DNA of 32,000 nt from Desulfobulbus propionicus DSM 2032 (GCF_000186885.1 NC_014972.1:1110001-1142000); one strand, 5' to 3'. Counted from the stretch's first letter, positions 10,025 through 19,343 are shown. The notes: generated from the letters alone by a model not told the origin. Numbers and translations: made by a program.

Positions 10025-10411
10025 GGTGCCTGGAAGGTAAAATGGTCGTTGGGCAAGCCGAAGCAGACCGTCGGTGGAACGGGGAGAAACAAGACGTTAT
10101 CCGTCGGTTCGTTCGCTCACCATCGGTTGCCATGCACATGAAACGATTACTATAGCATCGTTGTCTGCTTATGCAAACAGCTAAGGCGGCAAGACGCCTT
10201 TTGTTTGCCAATCCGCTTGGTTGGCCTGTTTCGGCAGGTTCTCTTTTTCTCATTGAGAATTATTCGCTTGCGGTCCAGGGAAACAACGTGTATAAAGGAA
10301 ATCTCATCTCATAGAGCATTTTCTTTTTTGATATCCAACGCTATCAATTTCGTATCCTTCGATACCTGAAAAGTTTTTGCTTGCAACCCTTGATGTTAAG
10401 GCAGGATAAGC

Positions 10412-10678
10412 ATGAAACTTTTCATCGGCAGTCTTCCATATAATATAACCGAATCCGAGCTTTCCGAATTGTGCGCTCCGTTTGGCGACGTGGTCAGCGC
10501 CAAGTTGATTCTTGACCAGTTCACGGGGCAATCCAAGGGTTTTGGTTTTGTCGAGATGGCCAATCGCTCGCAGGGGCACAAGGTTATGGACGGTTTGAAC
10601 GGCAAGGAATACAACCACCGCACCCTGGTGTGCAACGAAGCAAAACCACCGGCCAAGAAGGGCCAGAGGCGTCGATAA
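10412..10678 (+). CDS. RRM-type RNA-binding protein
   Basis: 88 aa with RNP-2 (LFIGSL) and RNP-1 (KGFGFVEM) motifs and a basic tail. ATG at 10412. Confidence 0.9.
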   Translation: MKLFIGSLPYNITESELSELCAPFGDVVSAKLILDQFTGQSKGFGFVEMANRSQGHKVMDGLNGKEYNHRTLVCNEAKPPAKKGQRRR

Positions 10679-10924
10679 GGCATCAACCCGTCCGGCCCCC
10701 TCGCATATCACGTGCCACGCAGCAGCCTCTCCCCATCGGCGTTCCTTTTCGAGCCATTTGTTGATCGTTGTCTGCCGCACTTTTTTCCCGCAGTTCCACC
10801 CCGTATCGGCCGGAATTGCACCCACCCTTTTCGCAATCCACTCCCCCAGGCCGTCATGGATCCGCGCTCGCTCTTGCGTGCCGCGCGCCAAGCAAGGCGG
10901 GGCTGGTCGATTGCAGGAGCATGA

Positions 10925-12211
10925 ATGAGTTTTACCGATTTTCATTTCAACGAACACATTACCCACGCCATTTCGCACTGCGGTTTCACCGCGCCAACCC
11001 CCATTCAGCAACAGGCTATTCCTTCGGTTCTTGAACGTCGTGATCTTCTTGGCCTGGCCCAGACAGGCACCGGCAAGACCGCTGCCTTTATTTTGCCGAC
11101 CGTGCAGCATCTCATGCGGACCCAGGCCCATCATGTCCGGGCTCTGATCATTGCCCCGACCAGGGAGCTGGCCGAGCAGATCAATGATTTTACCCGGGCG
11201 ATCATTCGCAACACCCGTCTAAAAAGTATTGCCGTGTACGGCGGGGTCAGCAAGCAGGCACAGATCACCAAGCTGCGCGGCGGCGTCGACATCGTGGTCG
11301 CCTGTCCGGGCCGTTTGCTCGACCTGCTCAACGACAAGGCGGTGGACCTGAGCCGGGTCGACACCTTGATTCTGGACGAGGCCGACCACATGTTCGACAA
11401 GGGCTTTTTGCCCGATATCCGCCGCATTTTGCGCCGGTTGCCCGCTGAGCGGCAATCGTTGGTTTTTTCGGCCACCATGCCCGACGAGATTCGGCATCTG
11501 GCCGAGGACATCCTCACCGATCCGGTGACCGTGCAGATTAATCCGACCCGTTCGGTGCAGTCCATTTCCCATCGGCTCTACGCGGTCGAGCAGGAGCAAA
11601 AGACCGACCTGCTCCTGCAGCTGCTCAAGGATGAGGCCATGGCCACCACCCTGATTTTCACCCGCACCAAGCACAAAGCCAAGAATCTGGCCCAGAAATT
11701 GGCTCAATCGGGCTTCAAGGCCACCTCGCTCCAGGGCAACCTGTCGCAGAACAGACGCCAGCAGGCGTTGGATGGATTCAAGACCGGTGCGTTCACCATC
11801 CTGGTGGCCACCGACATTGCCGCCCGTGGTATCGATGTCAATGGCATTTCGCATGTGATCAACTATGACATGCCCGATACCGCCGAGGCCTATATTCATC
11901 GAACCGGCCGCACCGGCAGGGCCGCCCGCACCGGCGAGGCCCTGACCTTTGCCACCCGCGAGGACAGCCGCATGATCCGCTTGATCGAACGGTCCATTGA
12001 CGGGCGGATGAATCATGGGGACGTGGCCGAGCTGCCCGCGGTTCGCTCCGCAGTGCCTTCGGTCCGGTCCCACGCCGGCAAGCCTGCCGGCAAAAAAATA
12101 TCCGTGACCAAATCGCGTCCGGAGGCAAAGGGGGAATCAGCCCCCAAGGCTTCCCCGCGCAAGCGGTCCACGGCATCCAGTGTTTTCGGCCTTTCGGGCC
12201 GGTCAAAATGA
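10925..12211 (+). CDS. DEAD-box ATP-dependent RNA helicase (RhlE-like)
   Basis: 428 aa with Q-motif region, AQTGTGKT (motif I), DEAD (LDEADHM), SAT, and HRTGRTGR (motif VI), plus a basic C-terminal tail. Confidence 0.92.
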   Translation: MSFTDFHFNEHITHAISHCGFTAPTPIQQQAIPSVLERRDLLGLAQTGTGKTAAFILPTVQHLMRTQAHHVRALIIAPTRELAEQINDFTRAIIRNTRLKSIAVYGGVSKQAQITKLRGGVDIVVACPGRLLDLLNDKAVDLSRVDTLILDEADHMFDKGFLPDIRRILRRLPAERQSLVFSATMPDEIRHLAEDILTDPVTVQINPTRSVQSISHRLYAVEQEQKTDLLLQLLKDEAMATTLIFTRTKHKAKNLAQKLAQSGFKATSLQGNLSQNRRQQALDGFKTGAFTILVATDIAARGIDVNGISHVINYDMPDTAEAYIHRTGRTGRAARTGEALTFATREDSRMIRLIERSIDGRMNHGDVAELPAVRSAVPSVRSHAGKPAGKKISVTKSRPEAKGESAPKASPRKRSTASSVFGLSGRSK

Positions 12212-12332
12212 GACTGGATGACACCAGAACGCTGCCCTGTCTGCGGATCGGGCGGCGGAGTACCCATGGTCCCGCAGCGGGGCCAACCACCAAACCGTGC
12301 GCCCCGCGCACAACCAAAGAGGAGTAGTGACA

Positions 12333-12536
12333 ATGGCTGAAGGAACTGTAAAATGGTTTAATGATTCTAAGGGTTTTGGCTTTATCGCCCAGGATGGCGG
12401 CAAGGACGTGTTCGTCCATCATTCCGCAATCCAGGCTGACGGGTTCAAATCACTCCAAGAGGGGGAACGCGTGAGCTTCAATGTGGTCGATGGTGCCAAA
12501 GGCCCGGCAGCCGCCAATGTGATCAAAAAGCGATAA
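12333..12536 (+). CDS. Cold-shock protein (CspA family)
   Basis: Track ORF trimmed to ATG at 12333, preceded by [26 protein letters not shown] (RNP-1) and DVFVHHSAI (RNP-2). Confidence 0.93.
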   Translation: MAEGTVKWFNDSKGFGFIAQDGGKDVFVHHSAIQADGFKSLQEGERVSFNVVDGAKGPAAANVIKKR

Positions 12537-12554
12537 TCAGCTTGATGGTATAGA

Positions 12555-12584
12555 GAACCCCGCCCCTGGCGGGGTTCGTTGTTG
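12555..12584 (+). terminator. Rho-independent terminator after the csp gene
   Basis: Perfect 10-bp stem GAACCCCGCC / GGCGGGGTTC (12555-12564 and 12568-12577) with a 3-nt loop, followed by the T-rich GTTGTTG. Confidence 0.7.
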
Positions 12585-12627
12585 TGGGCATTGCCCGTGA
12601 TCAGCCACAGAGGGAGGAGGGATTGCT

Positions 12628-12777
12628 GTGAACAAACGCACCAACTACAAGCAGGAAAAGCGGATGAAGGAATTGGAAAAACAAAAAAAGAAGGAAGCAA
12701 AAAAAGAGCGGAAACTCAATAAGGAAAGAATGGAAACCGACGGCGGGGAAATCGCTGGTCAGGAAGAAATGGCGTAA
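12628..12777 (+). CDS. Possible small Lys/Glu-rich protein (49 aa)
   Basis: GTG at 12628, preceded by AGGGAGGAGGG at 7-nt spacing. Own translation: VNKRTNYKQEKRMKELEKQKKKEAKKERKLNKERMETDGGEIAGQEEMA. Below the ORF-track size cut-off. No homology evidence. Confidence 0.35.
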   Translation: MNKRTNYKQEKRMKELEKQKKKEAKKERKLNKERMETDGGEIAGQEEMA

Positions 12778-12833
12778 CCGCCATAAGATAGGCCTGTTTT
12801 TCCCCGTTCCGTTCCCCCTCGTTTCCGCTTCCT

Positions 12834-13841
12834 TCAACCAGGCCACTGTTTCAGGGCCTGGCGCACATCTGTCAGTATTTCCTCCACCGATTCATAAAAA
12901 ACATCCGCTCCCGTGGAAAAGTGCAGCAGGATGTTGTTGAGCGAATCCGGGATGTAGGGAAACAGTTTCTGCAAATTGACCACCCGATTCTGCGACAGAA
13001 GGGAGAAATCGGCAGGGCCAAGCGAGCGCAGCACCGCGTTGCCCATCGTCGGATCGGCCATGATTTCCCGCGGATGATAGTCGCCCCGGGCGGTGAGATA
13101 GATCAGAATGTTGCCCAGCTCAAAGAGATCCAGGGCAAAGGGCTTCTCCGGCAGGTAGAAGTCGTAGTCAAAATCAATCCAGTAATAGAGACCGGTATCA
13201 CGGTCGACAAAGATGTGATCCCTGCGGATGTCGCCATGGCGAAAACCATGGCGGTGAAGAAATCCGATCCCTTCCAGGCAACCAAGAAATTGGTTGAATA
13301 TCCTTGGTAATTCATTGAAGAAATAATCCCGGTGGCTGCTGTCGCTGTGGATGATTTTGTCCAGCCGGTTGCCGCTGACCGGCACCAGCACCCGCACCAG
13401 GTTGCCCGCTGCATCCACCAGGGTCTCGCCCTGCATGAAGTGCGGACGTCCCTGGACCAATTCGAGGATACGCGCCTCCTTGTCGGGGCTGCGGTAGCAG
13501 GTGACCGAGAACTGTCCCAGCCGCATGTCAAAGGTTTCCCGGAATTCCAGTTTGAGGATGTAGTTGGTCATCGTGACCAGATCCACCGCCTTGGGCACCC
13601 AGGGCTTGATCTGCTCGTCCACCCCGAAACGCCCCTCCTTGGTGTAGGAGGTGACGAGAAAGAAGCGGTCTTCCACGGCGATCACGTCGCCGTAATCGAT
13701 CGAGGTGAAGTCGGTGGTGTCGGTATACACCCGCGACGGCCGGCGCATGCTGCGGGTGACCCGGTGCTCGCGAAGATTGCGAGCCACCTCCTCGGGAAGA
13801 CCGGCGATGGTGGTATGGGGCGCCATCAGCCAATCACCCAT
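12834..13841 (-). CDS. Protein-kinase-like fold protein (Kdo/WaaP/RIO-like atypical kinase)
   Basis: 335-aa ORF. HGFRHGDIRRDHIF matches a kinase catalytic loop (HxD...N/H) and is followed by WIDFDY (DFG-equivalent). The start is either 13841 or 13826; the latter overlaps the USP stop as TGATG. Confidence 0.7.
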   Translation of the reverse strand: MGDWLMAPHTTIAGLPEEVARNLREHRVTRSMRRPSRVYTDTTDFTSIDYGDVIAVEDRFFLVTSYTKEGRFGVDEQIKPWVPKAVDLVTMTNYILKLEFRETFDMRLGQFSVTCYRSPDKEARILELVQGRPHFMQGETLVDAAGNLVRVLVPVSGNRLDKIIHSDSSHRDYFFNELPRIFNQFLGCLEGIGFLHRHGFRHGDIRRDHIFVDRDTGLYYWIDFDYDFYLPEKPFALDLFELGNILIYLTARGDYHPREIMADPTMGNAVLRSLGPADFSLLSQNRVVNLQKLFPYIPDSLNNILLHFSTGADVFYESVEEILTDVRQALKQWPG

Positions 13842-14281
13842 ACCGCGATATCGCGGCCATTATGGATCAAGGCATTGGAAATCGAGCCGAAGAGAAATTC
13901 CTCGGCCTTGGAGATGCCCCGTTTGCCGACCACGATCGTGCCGTAATCCTCCTTGGTTTGCAGATCGAGAATGGCGGCGCTGATTGACTGCTGGCCGGCA
14001 ATCTGGCAGCGGGAGGTGATCGCGTGGGGAGCGACGCCGTGGTTCTGGAGAATCTTTTTCGCCTGGGCAAACAGCATCCGCGCCCGCTCTTCCTGTTCCG
14101 AGACGTAGTCGTCCAGGGTGGCCCCTGATTGGTAATAGTCGGGTGGCGGTTCGGGGTAGACATGCAGCAGGCAAAGATGGACATCGGCGAGGTGGCCGGC
14201 GATGCTGCCGACATAGTCAACGGCATTGATGGATCGGGGGGAATCGTCGATGGCGATGATGATCCGTTTCCAGTCACTCAT
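13826..14281 (-). CDS. Universal stress protein (UspA family)
   Basis: 151 aa. IIIAIDDS start, and the C-terminal GTIVVGKRGISKAEEFLFGSISNALI matches the USP ATP-binding G-2x-G-9x-G(S/T) region. GGGAGG lies upstream of the ATG at 14281. Confidence 0.85.
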   Translation of the reverse strand: MSDWKRIIIAIDDSPRSINAVDYVGSIAGHLADVHLCLLHVYPEPPPDYYQSGATLDDYVSEQEERARMLFAQAKKILQNHGVAPHAITSRCQIAGQQSISAAILDLQTKEDYGTIVVGKRGISKAEEFLFGSISNALIHNGRDIAVWVIG

Positions 14282-14407
14282 GGAGAACCTCCCTAATGAA
14301 CAGTGGAAAAGGTGCGCGCCCCAAGTCGAACGGTGCTGGCCTTCGGCTGACCAAACAATGCGTTCCCCCTGTGGGCGGACAACGATGTTTAGCGGCAGGT
14401 CGGTGTG

Positions 14408-14893
14408 TTACGCCTCGACTTGGCCGGCCGCATGGACAAAAAACAGCCGCCAGGCGTCGGTGGCGTTGAGAATGACCGCGCCAATGGTCTTGCCGCCCCA
14501 GCCGGTGTGCTGCCAGCACGGGCGAATCTGGAGCACGGGCAGACCGGGATTGTCGCTGGAATAGACCGTCAGCCGGTTGGCGCTGTGGTACAGTTGCTCG
14601 GGCAGGTCGCACAGGCAGAGCCCCGCAGGTGAAATGTTGCCGATCCGCGCGGTGGCGAACAGACAGCCGTCGGTCACATGCACCGTGGTGTTTTTCAATG
14701 GGATGCGGGGATGACGCCGTTTGTCCGCTCCGGACGGAAAAGTATCGGCGCGATGGGCGTGGGGCTGGGCGGTTGGCGCCAGCAGCAACCCGGCAGACAC
14801 GGACCAGAATCGACGCACAACTCGCCACAACCGCCGCGAAAGCGGCTGGGATGCCGGGGGCTGCGATGGATGCGGTTTTGGAGTTGCGGTCAT
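14408..14893 (-). CDS. PilZ-domain protein (putative c-di-GMP binding)
   Basis: 161 aa. RRHPRIPL (RxxxR) followed about 25 aa later by GNISPAGL (D/NxSxxG), the two PilZ signature motifs. Confidence 0.6.
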   Translation of the reverse strand: MTATPKPHPSQPPASQPLSRRLWRVVRRFWSVSAGLLLAPTAQPHAHRADTFPSGADKRRHPRIPLKNTTVHVTDGCLFATARIGNISPAGLCLCDLPEQLYHSANRLTVYSSDNPGLPVLQIRPCWQHTGWGGKTIGAVILNATDAWRLFFVHAAGQVEA

Positions 14894-15168
14894 GCCACCT
14901 GGATACGATAGGGGTGCGGGTGGTGGGTTTCTTGTCCAACCCTCTATTGTCTTTTATTATTATAAAGGCAGGGATCGTGAACGCAAAGAAAAGAAACAGC
15001 CGGAGAACGAACGAGCCGACGGATGAAGGAAAAATGGGCGTGGGTCGAAACTATTGTCTGGACGATCAGAGGCGCAGACTGGTACCTTGACCGGCTGGAT
15101 CGTCCTCCCTGTTCCGACATGAATGAACGTGCATACATCTCTGGTGCAACCTCGCAAAGGAGTATCCC

Positions 15169-15714
15169 ATGGCCCAAGGATTGCTTATTATTGACATGCA
15201 AAATGACTATTTCCGTGGAGGTGCCATGGAATTGGTCAACATTGACGAGGCAGCTGGAAAGTGTGCCCGGGTGTTGCGCTGTTTCAGAGAAAAAGGCGCG
15301 CCTGTTTTTCATGTTCAACATATCGCGACACGACCAGGCGCCACCTTTTTTCTGCCCCATACACCCGGCTGCGCAATCCATGAAAGCGTGCGGCCCCTTC
15401 CCGGCGAACCCGTGATCGTCAAACATTTTCCCAATTCCTTTCGGGAAACCGGGCTGAAACAACTGCTCGACGCCGCCGGGGTCGATGAAGTCGTCATCTG
15501 TGGAGCGATGACCCACCTGTGCATTGACACCACGGTAAGGGCTGCCTTTGACCTGGGGTTGCAGTGCGTCGTCGTTGCCGATGGATGCGCGACAAAAGAT
15601 TTGACCTTCAAAGGGCATAAGGTCAGCGCCCACGATGTCCAGCTTTCTTTTCTGGCCGCGCTCGGCACGCCTTTCGCTGCGATACGGTCCGCCGAGGAAT
15701 GCATCGCCGCATGA
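15169..15714 (+). CDS. Isochorismatase-family cysteine hydrolase
   Basis: 181 aa. LLIIDMQNDY (catalytic Asp), K in VIVKHFPNSF, and the nucleophile Cys in VICGAMTHLCIDTT. AAAGGAG lies upstream of the ATG. Confidence 0.88.
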   Translation: MAQGLLIIDMQNDYFRGGAMELVNIDEAAGKCARVLRCFREKGAPVFHVQHIATRPGATFFLPHTPGCAIHESVRPLPGEPVIVKHFPNSFRETGLKQLLDAAGVDEVVICGAMTHLCIDTTVRAAFDLGLQCVVVADGCATKDLTFKGHKVSAHDVQLSFLAALGTPFAAIRSAEECIAA

Positions 15715-15824
15715 ACAGGGAGCAGGAGGGCCTTGCGCGCGGCCGGTTTCACGGAAGGTGCCCCGATGGACCGTCCACTCCCGTCTGACCGAGGAGCGTC
15801 GAACATTTTCACAAGCAGGAGCAC

Positions 15825-16385
15825 ATGCACACCGAAGGGACCTTGACCAAATGGAATAGTGAGCGCGGATTCGGCTTGATTACCCCCCGGCGCGGCGGGC
15901 AGGACATCGCTGTCCAAGCCGCCGATTTTCCCCAGGACGGCTGTCCGCCGCAACTCAATGAGCGGCTGTCTTTTAGCATCGAAACGGACGCGGGCGGCAA
16001 GCGCTGGGCCAAGAATGTGGCGCGCGCGGGAGCGGGGAAAGGAAAACCGACAGCCGACCAAAGCGGCCGGCGTTCTTCCCGCCGCAGTCAGCTGGCCACC
16101 CTGCTGGCCCCCTTGGCGCTGCTGCTCGCCATCGGCGCCTATGGATACATCGGGCTTTATGAACCCTCAGCCCCGGATGGCGGCGGAAAATCCGCCAGCA
16201 CCGGCGACAGCGCAACCCAGGCCGTCACAGCGCGTTTTTTCTGCGATGGCCGAACCTCCTGCGACCAGATGACCAGCTGCGAGGAGGCCACCTTTTTTCT
16301 GCGCCATTGTCCCGGCGTGACCATGGATGACGATCAGGATGGGGTGCCGTGCGAAGAGCAATGGTGTGTCGGAGTTTCCCGGTGA
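15825..16385 (+). CDS. Cold-shock-domain-like / TM / Excalibur-domain protein
   Basis: 186 aa. N-terminus GTLTKWNSERGFGLI (CSD-like), a central TM helix (LATLLAPLALLLAIGAYGYI), and a C-terminus CDQMTSCEEATFFLRHCPGVTMDDDQDGVPCEEQWC that matches the Excalibur Cys/DxDxDG pattern. Confidence 0.7.
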   Translation: MHTEGTLTKWNSERGFGLITPRRGGQDIAVQAADFPQDGCPPQLNERLSFSIETDAGGKRWAKNVARAGAGKGKPTADQSGRRSSRRSQLATLLAPLALLLAIGAYGYIGLYEPSAPDGGGKSASTGDSATQAVTARFFCDGRTSCDQMTSCEEATFFLRHCPGVTMDDDQDGVPCEEQWCVGVSR

Positions 16386-16425
16386 ACCGGCCATCCAAGG
16401 AAAAAAACGCCGTTCCGGCGGGTTC

Positions 16426-17034
16426 ATGAAGCAAGACGAAACGATGCGCAGGCGATGCGGCTGGTGCGGCAGCGATCCCCTGTACATCGCCTACCACGAT
16501 GAGGAATGGGGCGTCCCGGTTCATGAGGACCGCCGTCTGTTTGAGTTTCTCCTCCTGGAGGGGGCACAGGCGGGGCTCAGTTGGCTGACCATCTTGAAAA
16601 AGCGGGAGAATTACCGGAAGGCCTTTGACGGTTTTGACTGCGAGCGCGTCGCCAGCTACACGCAGGATGATGTAGCCCGCCTGCTCGCCGATCCCGGCAT
16701 TGTCCGCAATCGCCTCAAGATCGAATCGGCGATCAAGAACGCCCGGGGCGTGCTGGCCATTCGCGAGGAGCACGGCTCCCTCGATGCCTTTCTCTGGCGT
16801 TTCGTGGACGGCATGCCCGTGCGCAATGGGTGGACCAGTTTGGAGCAGGTGCCGGCCCGATCAGCGCTGTCGGACCGGCTGAGCAAGGAGCTGCAACGTC
16901 GCGGCTGCAACTTCGTGGGTTCCACCATCTGTTATGCCTTCATGCAGACGGTCGGCATGGTCAACGACCATCTCGTCGACTGCTTTCGTTACCGGGAGGT
17001 CGGCGACATGCTGCCCGCCTCCCGCCTCCTCTGA
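16426..17034 (+). CDS. tag: DNA-3-methyladenine glycosylase I
   Basis: Track ORF trimmed to ATG at 16426. CGWCGSDPLYIAYHDEEWGVPVHEDRRLFEFLLLEGAQAGLSW and CYAFMQTVGMVNDH are hallmark Tag sequences. Confidence 0.92.
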   Translation: MKQDETMRRRCGWCGSDPLYIAYHDEEWGVPVHEDRRLFEFLLLEGAQAGLSWLTILKKRENYRKAFDGFDCERVASYTQDDVARLLADPGIVRNRLKIESAIKNARGVLAIREEHGSLDAFLWRFVDGMPVRNGWTSLEQVPARSALSDRLSKELQRRGCNFVGSTICYAFMQTVGMVNDHLVDCFRYREVGDMLPASRLL

Positions 17035-17078
17035 GCGGGCAAAGCGCGCTCGATCCTTCGACGACAACGGCACGCGGG

Positions 17079-19343
17079 CTAGCGCGACGGGCCGACCGCC
17101 CAGGAGAGTAGCCGTTCCTTTTTGTCGGCATTCAACTGGTGCAGGCCTGTGCATGCGGGGTCGTCAAGGCGTGTGGTCAGGGCCGCTCCCAATCCTTGCC
17201 GTGACGAGTCCTCCTTCTGATTGGCGATCTGCTGGATGATCCCCCAGGCGACGTGGGGCGAGGCGCAGGCAAGCGCGCTGAGGGCGGCCAGGGTGTGCCG
17301 TCGGAACAGTTCGAGTTCTTCGGGATTTTGCGGATTGGAACGCCGTTCGCAAACAAGGTGGTCAGACTGGCTCAGGCAGGAGCGCAGCTGTGGGCGCGGC
17401 GACTCAGGGGGCGCGTTCAGTCTGTGGATAACGAGCTGGACATGGGCTTTGTCCGGAATCCATCTCCGCGCCTCGACAGTCAGCGCATCCCGCATTTCCG
17501 CCGCGAGAGGATCCCAGGTCACGCCCCTGGCGTCGACCAGTTCCTCCTCCCTGCCATCGATGTTCGCTCCCTGCAGTTGGGCCTTACTGAGATTCGCCGC
17601 CCGGAGAAGGGCGCCGCGCAGATCCGCGCCGCGAAGATCAGCCTCCTGCAGGTCCGCCCCCCGGAGATCGGCGCCGCGCAAGTCCGCCCCTTGTAGTTGG
17701 GCCTTTGTCAAGATCGCTCCCTGGAGACAGGTGCTCGCCAGGTTCGCCCCCAGCAGGTGGGCGCCCCGGAGGTCCGCGCCCTGCAGTCTGGCGTCATGTA
17801 TATCTGCAAAGTCCAGGCGGCTATCCCCCAGGTAGGCACTCTGCAGGTCGGTGTTCTCCAGGCTGACGTTCTGAAGATCGGTGGTGTCAAAAACCGCATT
17901 GTGCAGGGAGGCGTTGTAGAATCGTGCCCCCTGCAGATGAGCCCCCTTCAGGTAGGCCCACTGGATATCGGCTTCCCGCAGGCTCGCGCCAATGAGGATG
18001 GCCTTGTGCAGGTTGGCATGTCGTAACTTTCGGCCATTGAGATTCAATGGCTCGGTCTGTTGCAATGCCTTCTCGCCCGCACCGGAATGGACATGCTGCA
18101 GTGCTTCAGGGCTTGCCGGTTTGGCCAGCAGGACCTGTTCCGTCAGGTTCAGCCGCCGCCGCTCGGTCAGGTAACGGGAGAGTGTGGTTGAACCGTGCGG
18201 AATTCCCTGGATGTGCAGCAGGATCTGTTCGATCCGCTCGCCCTCGACATGCAGGGTCAGCGGCAGCAGCGGGCCGAGGGAGAGGGTCAACAACAGCGCC
18301 AGGCTGCCGCGCGGAGATCGCGGATGCCAGAACATCGCCAACGGCACCAGCAGCCAAGGCACGGCGAAAAGGGCCGCCGTGGTCCACTCGTTCGTGTGCA
18401 AGCCAAAACTTGCCGTGATCAGGGCGATCACCACCAGGAACAGGACGGTGAAATGCAGCCGGCGAAGCGGGGAAACACGCTGCCAGCCGGAGAGCAGAAT
18501 CAGCAGCGCTGGCGACAGCAGGACCAAGCCATACCCGAGGACAAAGAATCCTGTTTGCATCAGGGGATGCGATTGTTGAGCCGTGGCACTGAACGAGAAC
18601 AGCGCCTGGCCGACAACGAGCAGCGCAAAGGCGATCCATATCCGTCGCTGTGGCACAAGCACCGTCAGGAGGTCGTGCCAGTAGCCCCGCCAGTCATCCC
18701 GGGGGTGGAGGATAATGGGCCAGAGAATGGTGACCACCACGATATCGATCCAGACGGCGACTCGCTGCAGCCAGGTGACCGGTTCGCTCTGATAGGCGAG
18801 AAACCAGAACTGGAGGGCGAGGAGGGTGACGAACGGCAACACCAGCATGGTGATCGACACCATCAGTCCAATGAGTCGCCGCATCAGGGTACTCAGGTTG
18901 CCGACGAGAAAATAGGTGTAGGGGAAAATGTGCAGCCGGTCGCGCAGCCCGCCAAAACGTTCCTCCTGCGGGGTGGCGGCGTCGAAGGCGAACAGCTCGC
19001 GCGACAACAGTTGCAGGTGCAGCAGCAGGTTGAAGTGGACCAGCACCACGAGAAAGGGGGCAATGGCGTAAAAACCGACGAGCGGCACGTCCACGTTGAT
19101 CACCGGCAGCTTGACCCCCCGGCCTGTCAACAGGTCGGTGTCGGTGGTGCCGAAGACGATGACCAGGACGTAGACGCAGACCGCCATGAAGGCCATGTGC
19201 TGCCCGGCCACCCGCTCGGATGCGCTGTTGGCCGAGGCAAGCAGGGCCTGGGCGTTCTGCTGTTGCGAAGCCTTCCGGGCTTGGTCCTGACCGCCCGCTT
19301 GCGCCGTCCTGATGCGTCGCCGCTTGATGGGGTGAAAGATCAT
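17079..19343 (-). CDS. Membrane-anchored pentapeptide-repeat protein
   Basis: Track ORF 17079..19436. I prefer ATG at 19343, with AGGAGG 7 nt upstream; 19349 is also possible. The N-terminal ~330 aa hold about 8 hydrophobic helices. These are followed by ~170 aa of A(D/N)LxG pentapeptide repeats (ADLRGADLRGADLQEADLRG) and a ~150-aa unique C-terminus. Confidence 0.8.
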   Translation of the reverse strand: MIFHPIKRRRIRTAQAGGQDQARKASQQQNAQALLASANSASERVAGQHMAFMAVCVYVLVIVFGTTDTDLLTGRGVKLPVINVDVPLVGFYAIAPFLVVLVHFNLLLHLQLLSRELFAFDAATPQEERFGGLRDRLHIFPYTYFLVGNLSTLMRRLIGLMVSITMLVLPFVTLLALQFWFLAYQSEPVTWLQRVAVWIDIVVVTILWPIILHPRDDWRGYWHDLLTVLVPQRRIWIAFALLVVGQALFSFSATAQQSHPLMQTGFFVLGYGLVLLSPALLILLSGWQRVSPLRRLHFTVLFLVVIALITASFGLHTNEWTTAALFAVPWLLVPLAMFWHPRSPRGSLALLLTLSLGPLLPLTLHVEGERIEQILLHIQGIPHGSTTLSRYLTERRRLNLTEQVLLAKPASPEALQHVHSGAGEKALQQTEPLNLNGRKLRHANLHKAILIGASLREADIQWAYLKGAHLQGARFYNASLHNAVFDTTDLQNVSLENTDLQSAYLGDSRLDFADIHDARLQGADLRGAHLLGANLASTCLQGAILTKAQLQGADLRGADLRGADLQEADLRGADLRGALLRAANLSKAQLQGANIDGREEELVDARGVTWDPLAAEMRDALTVEARRWIPDKAHVQLVIHRLNAPPESPRPQLRSCLSQSDHLVCERRSNPQNPEELELFRRHTLAALSALACASPHVAWGIIQQIANQKEDSSRQGLGAALTTRLDDPACTGLHQLNADKKERLLSWAVGPSR
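17601..17690. repeat. Six imperfect 15-bp tandem units inside the pentapeptide-repeat gene
   Basis: Units ccggagaagggcgcc / gcgcagatccgcgcc / gcgaagatcagcctc / ctgcaggtccgcccc / ccggagatcggcgcc / gcgcaagtccgcccc encode the ADLRG-type repeats on the minus strand. Confidence 0.75.

Noticed and set aside
10304-11134. 276-aa minus-strand ORF spanning the RRM gene and the start of the helicase gene
   Set aside because: It overlaps two genes with clear RNP and DEAD-box motifs on the other strand. It has no motif support of its own.
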